A stretch of DNA of 64,000 nucleotides from assembly GCA_963701295.1 (NCBI GenBank), contig OY969585.1, forward strand, positions 3,232,001-3,296,000, written 5' to 3'. A model generated the notes under the pieces. That model saw only the letters and a list, made by a program, of their open reading frames with translations. It was not told the origin of the DNA and ran no database searches. This stretch comes from Ignavibacteriota bacterium (lineage in GTDB: Bacteria; Bacteroidota; Ignavibacteria; UBA10030). The translations under genes and the position numbers were made by a program. Positions 19,196-28,106 of the stretch are shown here, in pieces. The stretch's first letter is position 1; each line of letters starts with the position of its first letter.

Positions 19196-20650
19196 ATGAA
19201 AAACATCTTGATAACATTTGCAGCCATTTTGCTTCTTGCACCAGCATCACGTGCGCAGTGGACTAATTGGCAGTCAGCGGAGTTTGAAATAGGACAACCA
19301 GATTTCACAACTGCTACTCCTGCCCGCTCAGCAACTGGTATGTGTAGTCCCTATTCGGTCGCCATTGACCTGCAACATTCAAAAATATATGTTGGTGATG
19401 TGGGCAATAATTGTATTCTCAGGTTTGCATACCCCATCACAGGGAATCAGCCGACAGCCGAATTAGTCTTCGGTCAACCAAATTTCACATCCGACAGCGC
19501 ACAGGATTATTATATGAGGTGGGGGTGGTGGCCTAACCCGACGGCAAGGCAAATTCTGGGTCCAAGTGCAATGGTTGTTTATAATGGAGATCTCTGGGTG
19601 TTAGATAATGATAATAACCGCGTCGTAAGGTTCTCTCAAGCATACAGCATAGCAGGTAATAACCCCAGTGCCGATCTCGTTATTGGACAAACGACTTTTA
19701 CCACCAATAGCTCTGCTTGTACAAGAAATTCATTCTACGGGCCGTTGGGAATGACTATCGATGGTAATGGAAATCTCTGGGTCGCCGATGCAGGCAACGG
19801 CAGGATATTGCTCTTCAATAATGCTTCTGGCCTTTCCGACGGCGCCGATGCCAGCAGTGTTCTCGGGCAGGCTGATTTCATTACGGGTACTGTAACATCT
19901 TCCCCAACACAAAGTCAGTTTTGCAGCCCTTCTTCCATTTGTTTCGACGGAACGACTCTGTGGGTGTGCGACAAGCAGTTCAATAGAATTATGCGGTTCG
20001 ACAGCGCAGCGACAAAGCCTTATGGTGCAAACGCAGATGCTGTGTTGGGACAGAGCGATTTTATCAGCAGTACTACCGGAACGACTATGAGCACCTTCAA
20101 TCGCCCCTTTGGTGTTTGTGCGGATGGAAAAGGCAACCTCTATGTGACTGATCAGTCGAATAGCCGTACACTTATCTTTCTGAATGCGGCAGCCAAGTCG
20201 AACGGCGCCAATGCCGACAATGTCCTTCAGGAAGAAAGTTATAACGCAGCGAATCTCGCAGTTGATAATCCCAATGGAAAGCTATTCATCGCCGACCCCA
20301 TGGATTGCAGAGTTGTAGAGTTTGCAGCTTCAGGCGCACTACTGACAGACGTTGAACACAACGAGACACCGGCATTTTCCGGCGTGCCAAAGCAATTCCG
20401 GTTGTCCAACTATCCTAACCCTTTCAATCCTTCAACCACTATCTCGCTCTTTATTCCATACAGAAGTTCAGTGGTTGTAGAAGTATTTGATTTATTTGGA
20501 AGAACGATCAGGACTCTGATGAAGAAAGAAATGTCTCCAGGTAGTTGTGATGTGAAATTCGATGGAACATCTCTCCCAAGCGGTGTGTACTATTGCCGTC
20601 TGAAGGCAGGAAGTGTTGTCCAAACGCGGAAGCTTGTTCTTCTAAAATGA
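19196..20650 (+). CDS. NHL/beta-propeller repeat protein with T9SS type-A C-terminal sorting domain
   Basis: Signal peptide; five GQxxF repeats; NHL-like LWVAD.GNGRIL units; C-terminal NYPNPFNPSTTI...LPSGVYYCRL...KLVLLK. Confidence 0.88.
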   Translation: MKNILITFAAILLLAPASRAQWTNWQSAEFEIGQPDFTTATPARSATGMCSPYSVAIDLQHSKIYVGDVGNNCILRFAYPITGNQPTAELVFGQPNFTSDSAQDYYMRWGWWPNPTARQILGPSAMVVYNGDLWVLDNDNNRVVRFSQAYSIAGNNPSADLVIGQTTFTTNSSACTRNSFYGPLGMTIDGNGNLWVADAGNGRILLFNNASGLSDGADASSVLGQADFITGTVTSSPTQSQFCSPSSICFDGTTLWVCDKQFNRIMRFDSAATKPYGANADAVLGQSDFISSTTGTTMSTFNRPFGVCADGKGNLYVTDQSNSRTLIFLNAAAKSNGANADNVLQEESYNAANLAVDNPNGKLFIADPMDCRVVEFAASGALLTDVEHNETPAFSGVPKQFRLSNYPNPFNPSTTISLFIPYRSSVVVEVFDLFGRTIRTLMKKEMSPGSCDVKFDGTSLPSGVYYCRLKAGSVVQTRKLVLLK

Positions 20651-20684
20651 GAATATTCCAGGAAGCCCGATGAGCGTTCGCCGG

Positions 20685-20882
20685 GCATTCCGTAAATTCA
20701 ATTTGGATTTCTACTGCAAGTCGTTCGGTATTGAAAGTCCGAAACAACATGGCATAACCGGATTGGATATGAAACAGTTGTACGAAGAAAAACGGTTTTG
20801 TGAAATTGCGAAATATAATCTTGGTGACTTGAAAGCAACCGCCGAGTTGTTCAGAAGATGGGAAAAGTTTTTGAGCGTTTGA
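20685..20882 (+). pseudogene. orphan 3' fragment of the exonuclease gene (second allele of 18956-19153)
   Basis: 65 codons align without gaps to the exonuclease C-terminus; 56/65 residues identical by manual alignment; no 5' part present. Confidence 0.9.
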
Positions 20883-20892
20883 ATATTTTCCT

Positions 20893-21012
20893 GTCATTGC
20901 GAACCTTTCTCAGTGAAGCAATCTGCACAACAAAGTATTCCAACGGTTCTCCGGTCTTTGCAGATTGCTTCGTCAGTTCCCTCACTTCGTTCGGGACAAG
21001 CCTCGCAATGAC
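20893..21012. repeat. nested palindromic REP/RPE-like element (GTCATTGCGA...TCGCAATGAC)
   Basis: Outer 10-bp IR 20893-20902/21003-21012; inner 13-bp IR GAAGCAATCTGCA/TGCAGATTGCTTC; lies between convergent genes and is followed by a T-run. Confidence 0.8.
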
Positions 21013-21067
21013 GGTTCCTTTTTTTTCATTTCGCAGAGAACATCGCTTCAAAAATATTTCATTTGCC

Positions 21068-21862
21068 TTAATTATTAAAACGCCAAGCAAGCCCAAATGC
21101 TACAAAGGAATCTGGCGCGATAGTATTCAAACCGACACCTGCAGAAATATCAATTTGCACATCGTCGTTGATCAAATAGGCGCAGCCCATATCGGCGCGA
21201 TAATCGGAAACGGAATTCTCTGTAGAAAATCCGTAAAACTCTGCGAAGACACTCAAACCTTCCATTACTGTCAGAGAAGGAGATATACTGTATACCGCAG
21301 TTGCGTTCGGCTGCTCGCCATCCCATTGAACTCCAAGATTATAACCAAGCGAAAGTTCCTCGCTCAGCGTGTTTTGCATCAAAAGGAAAAACGAGGGCGC
21401 TAAAAACGACGGCCTAAATTCTTTTCTTCCGATATACGGCAGTGTAAAAGCAACATTCATTGCAGTCTGCGGAACAATTCCTTTTTCAGGACATATCGCG
21501 ATTTTTGCTCCGACCGAAACAGGATTGAACCCTTGCATTGCGGACGATTGAAACCCGCTGTCGGTGCGTGTGCCGGCATATTCGACAACCACCCGCAGTT
21601 CGCAGTTTGTCATTAAGCCAACTCGCACCAGCGACGTATTGTAAAGCTCATTGATTGTTTGGACGCCGCCTGCGTTTTTGGTTTCCCGCGAGAACCCGGT
21701 TTCGAGTTGAACGGTACCTGAAGCAACAACATTGGGCGGATTCGTTTGTCCCGGCCTATCAGGCACTATCGGTCCGGGTGGTTGTAGTATTATCTGAAGG
21801 TATTGTGAATATACATCAACAGGCGCAAATAGTACAGCCGCAAGGAAACACAAGATTTTCAT
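21068..21862 (-). CDS. outer-membrane beta-barrel transporter (phenol/MetA-pathway-like family)
   Basis: Signal peptide; DRPGQT...V..G.VQLETG N-terminal motif; amphipathic strands; C-terminal GLAWRF. Confidence 0.75.
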   Translation of the reverse strand: MKILCFLAAVLFAPVDVYSQYLQIILQPPGPIVPDRPGQTNPPNVVASGTVQLETGFSRETKNAGGVQTINELYNTSLVRVGLMTNCELRVVVEYAGTRTDSGFQSSAMQGFNPVSVGAKIAICPEKGIVPQTAMNVAFTLPYIGRKEFRPSFLAPSFFLLMQNTLSEELSLGYNLGVQWDGEQPNATAVYSISPSLTVMEGLSVFAEFYGFSTENSVSDYRADMGCAYLINDDVQIDISAGVGLNTIAPDSFVAFGLAWRFNN

Positions 21863-22158
21863 TCATCACTCGAGAATTGTTCGTTGTCTTCTAAATACTC
21901 CTAGGGATTTTCATAGTGCACTCTACTACCAGCAGCTGATAAATCTTTTCCCGTAATTACTCCATCATTCCAGATGTTTTTTCGAACAATATTTGAAAGA
22001 GCTGAAATAAAAGATGATCCCTTTTATTTAGTTTTAGCATCGGCATAGAAAAAGTGGCTTTGAAATCTGACGATAGCGGAGAGGGCATGCTCAAATCTCC
22101 AATACACTTCTCGCAAAAATAGTAGCGAGTTATCAGGCAAGAATCAAGGGAAAATATT

Positions 22159-22188
22159 TGTAGATACGTTTAATGAAACGTCCCTACA
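22159..22188. repeat. GTAG-type REP-like palindrome
   Basis: TGTAGATACGTTTAATGAAACGTCCCTACA, an imperfect hairpin with TGTAG/CTACA ends. Confidence 0.6.
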
Positions 22189-22198
22189 AAGACAATTC

Positions 22199-22297
22199 GC
22201 CATTGCAAAACATCCATAACATTTCTGAAGTAACTCACTTTTAGCAGATTGCCACGTCTCCCGATCGACTTCGTCGTTCGGAATCCTCGCAATGACA
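22199..22297. repeat. degenerate second copy of the GTCATTGCGA...TCGCAATGAC element
   Basis: GCCATTGCAA left arm; GCAGATTGCCACGTC...CCTCGCAATGACA right arm matching 20960-21012. Confidence 0.7.
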
Positions 22298-22324
22298 TTT
22301 GCTTTTTTTTGCCTATCTTTTAGA

Positions 22325-22861
22325 ATGAGAAAATTTACACATGCTGAAATTTCCGAAAGAAGAATCCCGACAGAACATATCGAAAGTGCTTCCCGCATTC
22401 CGCTTGTAGTCCTGGTAGATAATATCCGGAGTCTATACAATGTCGGTTCCATATTTCGCACATCGGACGGCGTGATGATCGAGAAGCTCATTCTTGCCGG
22501 TTTCACACCTCACCCGCCTCGGAAAGAAATAGAAAAGACTGCGCTCGGCTCCACGAAAAGTGTTCCGTGGGAATATATAAAGCATCCAGTCGAAGCTATT
22601 CAAACTTTAAAAGAACGCGGCTATAAAATTTGCTGTTTAGAGTTGACGGATAAAAGCATTTCTCATTACGACATCAGAAAATCAGATTTTCCAATGTGCC
22701 TTGTTATCGGAAATGAAATCACCGGCGTGGCAAAAGAAGTGATTGAGTTATGCGACGTAGGGATTGAGATTCCGATGTTCGGAACGAAGCAGTCATTGAA
22801 TGTGGCGGTAGCATACGGGATTGCGGCGTTTGAGTTGGCGAAGATTTGGCGTAAAAGTTAA
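22325..22861 (+). CDS. TrmH/SpoU family RNA 2'-O-methyltransferase
   Basis: DNIRSLYNVGSIFRTSD, IGNEITGV, IPMFGTKQSLNVAVA. Confidence 0.92.
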   Translation: MRKFTHAEISERRIPTEHIESASRIPLVVLVDNIRSLYNVGSIFRTSDGVMIEKLILAGFTPHPPRKEIEKTALGSTKSVPWEYIKHPVEAIQTLKERGYKICCLELTDKSISHYDIRKSDFPMCLVIGNEITGVAKEVIELCDVGIEIPMFGTKQSLNVAVAYGIAAFELAKIWRKS

Positions 22862-22863
22862 GT

Positions 22864-22909
22864 AACCTTGTCAAGGTTTCTCAGTTCAAACACAGCGACC
22901 TTGACAAGG
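22864..22909. repeat. REP-like doublet AACCTTGTCAAGGTT...ACCTTGACAAGG
   Basis: Each unit is self-palindromic; the two form a perfect 12-bp inverted repeat right after the trmH-family stop. Confidence 0.7.
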
Positions 22910-23057
22910 AACAGAAGTGCAGTAACGGTCATCTAATGAAATGTTCTCGTGTGATAATCTTCTTTCTCGTGCTTATGGAATTGCCGTATTCGAGCTGGAT
23001 AAATTCGCCTAATGGTGGGTTGGCTATTTTCGTCTTCAACTGATAGAGGAGAGTTCT

Positions 23058-23780
23058 ATGATCATCATAGGTATCGGAGCAGCGGCACTTGCCGCAACAC
23101 TTCTCGGAGGGCTCTTTGCTCTCAAATTCAAAGACAAACTGCACCTTATCACAGGATTCAGTGCTGGAGCAATCATCGGAGTTGCATTCTTCGATCTTCT
23201 ACCGGAAGCCATTGCGCTGCGAAATGATTATCAGGATATTTCCTTCATTGCGCTTATGATCAGCGCTGGTTTCCTGCTTTACATGATTTTAGACCGGATG
23301 ATCATTTTACATTCTCACCTTGACAACAATTGTGAAAATATCCGTCATCGCGGTAATCTCGGCGCTGGAAGTCTCTCGCTGCACAGTTTTCTTGATGGTG
23401 TGCTCATCGGTCTCGCGTTTCAGGTTTCCATGCCGCTTGGAGTGATTATTACCAGTGCTGTTCTCACGCATGATTTCTCCGACGGTATCAATACGGTTAC
23501 GATGATTATGAGAAGTGGCGGCGAGCGCCGTCAAGCAGGACGGTGGCTGGCTATTGATGCAGTCGCACCTGTAATCGGAATTACCACTACGCTTTTTTAT
23601 TCTGTTTCGAAGAGTACGCTCGGAACTGTTCTAGGAATCTTTTGCGGAAGTTTTCTCTATATCGGTGCAAGCGATTTGCTCCCGGAAAGTCACCATGCGC
23701 ATCCTAAATATTTAACAACTCTCCTGACTATACTCGGCATGGCACTGATGTATTTCGTTATTCAAGTTGCAAAGTTATAA
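23058..23780 (+). CDS. ZIP family metal (Zn/Fe/Mn) transporter
   Basis: FFDLLPEA, LHSFLDG, HDFSDG, LYIGASDLLPESH; GAGGAG RBS. Confidence 0.9.
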   Translation: MIIIGIGAAALAATLLGGLFALKFKDKLHLITGFSAGAIIGVAFFDLLPEAIALRNDYQDISFIALMISAGFLLYMILDRMIILHSHLDNNCENIRHRGNLGAGSLSLHSFLDGVLIGLAFQVSMPLGVIITSAVLTHDFSDGINTVTMIMRSGGERRQAGRWLAIDAVAPVIGITTTLFYSVSKSTLGTVLGIFCGSFLYIGASDLLPESHHAHPKYLTTLLTILGMALMYFVIQVAKL

Positions 23781-23948
23781 ACGAAAACTATTTTGATTTT
23801 TTCGGTTATTATTGTTTCGTTCCATTTGTATCCCGGAACAATGCTATTAAATTCATCCTTCCGCTGGGAGATGATATTCTCCATACCGATCCACAATCTA
23901 AATTACTCATAAGGTGAAGAATAAACACATGGCAGTGATAGTCGTACT

Positions 23949-24599
23949 TTAAAACGCTCTTGTGTAATAATCCTCTTTCTCGTGCGTGTGAATCCGTAGC
24001 ACTCCAGCGCGCACAAGTTGAATGAGCGAACGTGAAGCGCGTCGATGGGAAACGTTCACCAACTTCATATACTGCTTTACGGTGATGCGTTCGTTCTCAT
24101 CTAAGAAATCAAACATGCGACGTTCATTATCGCCGATGGCAATGCGCAGAGGCGGCGCATCAGGATTTTCCGCCTGAAGAATATGCACAACTTCTTTGCT
24201 TGCTTCGACCGTCTTATCATTCACGCGAATGTAGACGCGCGTTCCTCCATTCTCTTCACCTTCGTCAACATTAAGATAGTGCGGTTTCTTATCGCTTTCT
24301 TCTACTGTCACAACAACTACGTCTCTTCCTTTGTAGGGAACGGTATCAATGTCTGGTTCTAATGGAGGATCACAATAGTAGCTTGCCGCTGTTTGAATCA
24401 TCTCCATTTGTTCCTTCTCGCTGCCGACTCCGACAATCGTCCGGTCATCATCAACACCGAAGAGCACAATTCCCCCTTTAGTGTTGGCAAACGACATCAA
24501 CGTCTTCGCAACTTTGATTGGAGTAGAGACTTTGCGCTTGAATTCCAATTCAAACCCTTCGCCTTCTTCTATCAATATTTTTAAGTCGTTCAATTTCAT
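23949..24599 (-). CDS. Schlafen/AlbA_2-domain protein with C-terminal winged HTH
   Basis: EGEGFELEFKR, SFANTKGGIVLFGVDD, YIRVND; wHTH-like ITVKQYMKLVNVSHRRASRSLIQLV. Confidence 0.85.
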   Translation of the reverse strand: MKLNDLKILIEEGEGFELEFKRKVSTPIKVAKTLMSFANTKGGIVLFGVDDDRTIVGVGSEKEQMEMIQTAASYYCDPPLEPDIDTVPYKGRDVVVVTVEESDKKPHYLNVDEGEENGGTRVYIRVNDKTVEASKEVVHILQAENPDAPPLRIAIGDNERRMFDFLDENERITVKQYMKLVNVSHRRASRSLIQLVRAGVLRIHTHEKEDYYTRAF

Positions 24600-24612
24600 A
24601 GTTTTGTACTCA

Positions 24613-25380
24613 CTACATTCCACGCGCTTCCATGCGATCAAGAATGAGCTTCGAGCGGCGAAGCACGTATTGAGAATCAACATCTGCACGGTGTTTGCGC
24701 GGGCTCGGAATGATCGCCGCTAAACGAGTGCATTCATCCTTGTTCAAATCGGAGGCACGTTTATCAAAATAATATTGCGATGCCGCTTCGATTCCATAGA
24801 CGCCATCACCCCATTCAATAACATTAAAATAAATTTCGAGGATACGTGATTTGCTCAACTGCTGTTCCATATACCATGTCAAAATCCATTCCTTTAACTT
24901 CCGTAACGGATTTTTTGATGATGACAGGTACAGATTTTTCACAAGTTGTTGCGTAATAGTACTTGCTCCTCGCGCCGCCCGCCCTTCTTCAAAATTCCTC
25001 TCGACGGATTCCTTGAACTCAAACCAGTCGAATCCATCATGCCACCAAAAAGTTCCATCCTCCGCCACAATGACGGCATCAACAGCATCCTGTGGAATCG
25101 ATTTGAGTGAAATCCAATTCTGCTTCCTGTGGAATGGCCGGTTTTCTTTTTTTGCCCGAGCTGCATACTCGCGCATGAATGCTGTCTCCCCAGGGTTCTT
25201 TATCTTCAACTGCTTTATATCACCATAAGGCAAAGAAATAATTTGAAGAAGAATAATGGCTACCAGCAGAATGACCGGCGATTTTATTGGATTGCGCTTA
25301 AGAAACTGAATGAAATCCGCAGTTAAGATACGTAAGCGTGATGCTGGTTGAACAGCCGGTTGTTGATTTATTTCTTCCAT
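24613..25380 (-). CDS. mtgA: monofunctional peptidoglycan transglycosylase
   Basis: AEDGTFWWHDGFD, GASTITQQLVKNL, RKLKE, KSRILEIYFN..EWG. Confidence 0.93.
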   Translation of the reverse strand: MEEINQQPAVQPASRLRILTADFIQFLKRNPIKSPVILLVAIILLQIISLPYGDIKQLKIKNPGETAFMREYAARAKKENRPFHRKQNWISLKSIPQDAVDAVIVAEDGTFWWHDGFDWFEFKESVERNFEEGRAARGASTITQQLVKNLYLSSSKNPLRKLKEWILTWYMEQQLSKSRILEIYFNVIEWGDGVYGIEAASQYYFDKRASDLNKDECTRLAAIIPSPRKHRADVDSQYVLRRSKLILDRMEARGM

Positions 25381-25381
25381 A

Positions 25382-25831
25382 TTATGAGGAACGAGAATGC
25401 TTGATACTGTCTAAATATCCCTGCAGCATCACAGCTGCCGCCATCGAATCGATACGGCCATCCTTCTTCTGCCGTTCTTTCTTTTTCGTCCCCATAGTAT
25501 GCATTGTTTGATTGGCAATGGTGGTCGTGAAGCGTTCGTCCCACGTGAGTATTCCTATGCCGAGTTCTTCCTTTAAACGCCCGATGAACTTCTGCACCTC
25601 TTCTGCCTTCTGTGCTTTTTGTCCTTTGAGATTAAAGGGCATCCCAACAATGATCAGTGTAACATTCTCCCTTGCGGATACATGCTTGAGATTGGCAAAA
25701 AGTGATCCGTCATTTTTGAATGCTTCAATGGGCTGCGCAATGAGACCGAGCGGATCGCTTACTGATAAACCTACACGAACTGAACCGTAGTCGATACCGA
25801 GAATGCGCTGATACGATTTTATATCTTCCAC
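25382..25831 (-). CDS. ruvX: Holliday junction resolvase-like / pre-16S rRNA nuclease RuvX (YqgF)
   Basis: LGIDYGSVRVGLSVSD, IVGMP, WDERFTT, IDSMAAAVMLQGYL. Confidence 0.95.
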   Translation of the reverse strand: MEDIKSYQRILGIDYGSVRVGLSVSDPLGLIAQPIEAFKNDGSLFANLKHVSARENVTLIIVGMPFNLKGQKAQKAEEVQKFIGRLKEELGIGILTWDERFTTTIANQTMHTMGTKKKERQKKDGRIDSMAAAVMLQGYLDSIKHSRSS

Positions 25832-25845
25832 GTTGCTGCTTTCTC

Positions 25846-28029
25846 CTATCCTGAAAACCGTTCGACACTTTGGATGCCCGGGATACGCTTGATCTTTTCT
25901 ATGATCCGCGCAAGATGATCGGTGTCTTTTACATACAGGATAACTTTCCCATCAAAAAGCGAACCTCTTGAATCCATATTGACACTTCGAATATTTGTGT
26001 TTTGATATGTGGAAATGACATGCGTGATATCGCTCAAGAGTGCCGGACGATCTTCGCCTCCTATATGAATGCCTGTAATAAAATCTGCTCCGTTCGCCGG
26101 AGGCCAGCCAACATCCACCATGCGTGCGCTTTCTGCGAGCCGCAGCGAGATAATATTCTTGCAGTCTTTCCGGTGGATCTTAATACCCTCACCTGTCGTT
26201 ACAAAGCCGATGATATCATCACCAGGAATCGGATTGCAGCATTTCGCATATTGATGCATGAAGTTATCATTCATTCCTAAGATAGAAATGCCGCTGGTAA
26301 TATCCCGCGCCGTGTTGATGAATTTTGTGAAGAGCGTATCCGAATCCGGCACTTGTCCCGCATCTTCCGCTGCCGGATGTTTCAATCGAACAACATATTG
26401 CTCTACTACTGTATCGACATCGATATTCTGATGAGCGATTGCCAGATAAAATTCTTGTGCATCATTGAACTTGAGGGCATGAATAAATTTATCAAATTCC
26501 TCATTACTGATACTGATCTTTCGGCGTTTGATTTTTTTCTCCCACGTATCCCTTCCTTCGTCGGATTTTTTCCGGGATTCTTCACGAAAGAAACGGCGGA
26601 TATGAGATTTCGCTTTATGGGTAACGGCAAATTGCTCCCAATCCGGATTGGGTGTTTGATTCTTGGAAGAAATAATTTCGACTTGATCTCCGCTTCGTAA
26701 TTCGGTATTCAACGGAACAATACGCCCGTTCACTTTTGCACCAATGCAATGGTACCCAACACTGGAGTGAATTTCGAATGCAAAATCAATAGGAGTGGAA
26801 CTGCGTGGAAGGATTTTTAAATCACCTTTAGGAGTAAATACATAAATCTCATCCTGATACAGGTTCAGTTTGAAACTCTCCAATAATTCTTTTGGAGTTT
26901 CATCATTCTTTTGTTCGAAGATCTCTCGTACCCAATTGGTCCAGCTTTCTAAATCCTTATCAAAGGATGCATTACTTTCTTTATAGATCCAATGTGCGGC
27001 AACTCCTCGTTCAGCAATTTCATGCATTGCTTTTGTCCGGATCTGCACTTCTACCATTCTGCCATCCGGACCAATTACCGTAGTATGAATGGATTGGTAT
27101 CCGTTTTTTTTGGGAACTGAGATATAATCCTTGAATCGTTCAGGAATTGGTTTGTACAATTCTGTCACAATGCTATAGGCAATGAAACAATCGCTATTAT
27201 CCGTTGTATCGATAATAATGCGAACAGCAAATAAATCATAAATTTCTTCAATTGGTTTATTCCGCTTTAACATTTTATTGTAGATGCTGAAAATGTGCTT
27301 TGGCCTGCCGGACACTTCAAACGTTAAACCTTCTTCAAGGAGACGCTTTTTGATTGGTTGAACAAAACGATTGATATAATGCTCCCGTTCGCGCCGTTTT
27401 GAACGCAGCTGCCGAGCAATCTTTTCATATTCCTCTACGTGTAAGTGCTTGAATGATAGATCTTCCAATTCCCATTTAATCTGTGCCAAACCAAACCTGT
27501 GGGCAAAGGGTGCGTAGATATCGAGAGTTTCTTTCGCAAGACGAAGGCGTTTTTCCGGAGGAAGATATTCAAGCGTGCGCATATTGTGGAGACGGTCGGC
27601 AAACTTTATGAGAATCACGCGAATATCGTTCACCATCGAGAGCAGCAGCTTACGATAGCTTTCAGCCTGTGTCACTTCATGACTTTCGAAGATGTCGGTA
27701 ATTTTGGTTGCACCATCGACGATATCTGCTATTGCATCACCGAACTCTGCCCGGATGTCCTTCAACTCAAAATCTGTGTCTTCCACAACATCATGCAGAA
27801 GTGCACTCGCAATAGATACATCATCCAAAGCGATTTCCTTTGCCACGACCATCGCCACTTCATACGGGTGCAAGAAATAAGGTTCGCCCGAAGCACGCAA
27901 GTTATTTTTGTGCGCTTCGAGGCTCAATGTAAACGCTCGTGTAATTAAATCCTCGTTTACCGAACGGAGATTTTTTCGGCAAACACTCAGGAGATCATCT
28001 AGTTTCTTTTTGTACCTGCTATCGATCAT
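25846..28029 (-). CDS. relA: bifunctional (p)ppGpp synthetase/hydrolase Rel (RelA/SpoT)
   Basis: Intact HD hydrolase (LLHDVVEDT), synthetase (YQSIHT, EVQIRT), TGS, CC (AKCCNPIPGD) and ACT domains. Confidence 0.96.
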   Translation of the reverse strand: MIDSRYKKKLDDLLSVCRKNLRSVNEDLITRAFTLSLEAHKNNLRASGEPYFLHPYEVAMVVAKEIALDDVSIASALLHDVVEDTDFELKDIRAEFGDAIADIVDGATKITDIFESHEVTQAESYRKLLLSMVNDIRVILIKFADRLHNMRTLEYLPPEKRLRLAKETLDIYAPFAHRFGLAQIKWELEDLSFKHLHVEEYEKIARQLRSKRREREHYINRFVQPIKKRLLEEGLTFEVSGRPKHIFSIYNKMLKRNKPIEEIYDLFAVRIIIDTTDNSDCFIAYSIVTELYKPIPERFKDYISVPKKNGYQSIHTTVIGPDGRMVEVQIRTKAMHEIAERGVAAHWIYKESNASFDKDLESWTNWVREIFEQKNDETPKELLESFKLNLYQDEIYVFTPKGDLKILPRSSTPIDFAFEIHSSVGYHCIGAKVNGRIVPLNTELRSGDQVEIISSKNQTPNPDWEQFAVTHKAKSHIRRFFREESRKKSDEGRDTWEKKIKRRKISISNEEFDKFIHALKFNDAQEFYLAIAHQNIDVDTVVEQYVVRLKHPAAEDAGQVPDSDTLFTKFINTARDITSGISILGMNDNFMHQYAKCCNPIPGDDIIGFVTTGEGIKIHRKDCKNIISLRLAESARMVDVGWPPANGADFITGIHIGGEDRPALLSDITHVISTYQNTNIRSVNMDSRGSLFDGKVILYVKDTDHLARIIEKIKRIPGIQSVERFSG

Positions 28030-28052
28030 ATACGATTTCTATACTACAAAAG

Positions 28053-28080
28053 AATATACGGATTCCCCGCCGAATGTCAA
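28053..28080 (-). promoter_or_regulatory. sigma70-like promoter of the rel operon (TTGACA-16-TATATT)
   Basis: Consensus -35 TTGACA and -10 TATATT upstream of the rel ATG. Confidence 0.65.
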
Positions 28081-28106
28081 GACTGAAAGAATGGATAGCA
28101 CCTGCT

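Noticed and set aside
20670-20684. ATG giving a 70-aa independent protein from the exonuclease fragment
   Set aside because: The first five codons are non-homologous junction sequence, there is no convincing RBS, and the ExoI/ExoII motifs are missing; treated as a gene fragment
22910-23057. Metal-sensing riboswitch (yybP-ykoY or NiCo) upstream of the ZIP gene
   Set aside because: No recognisable conserved core or terminator by eye; an Rfam/Infernal scan would be decisive
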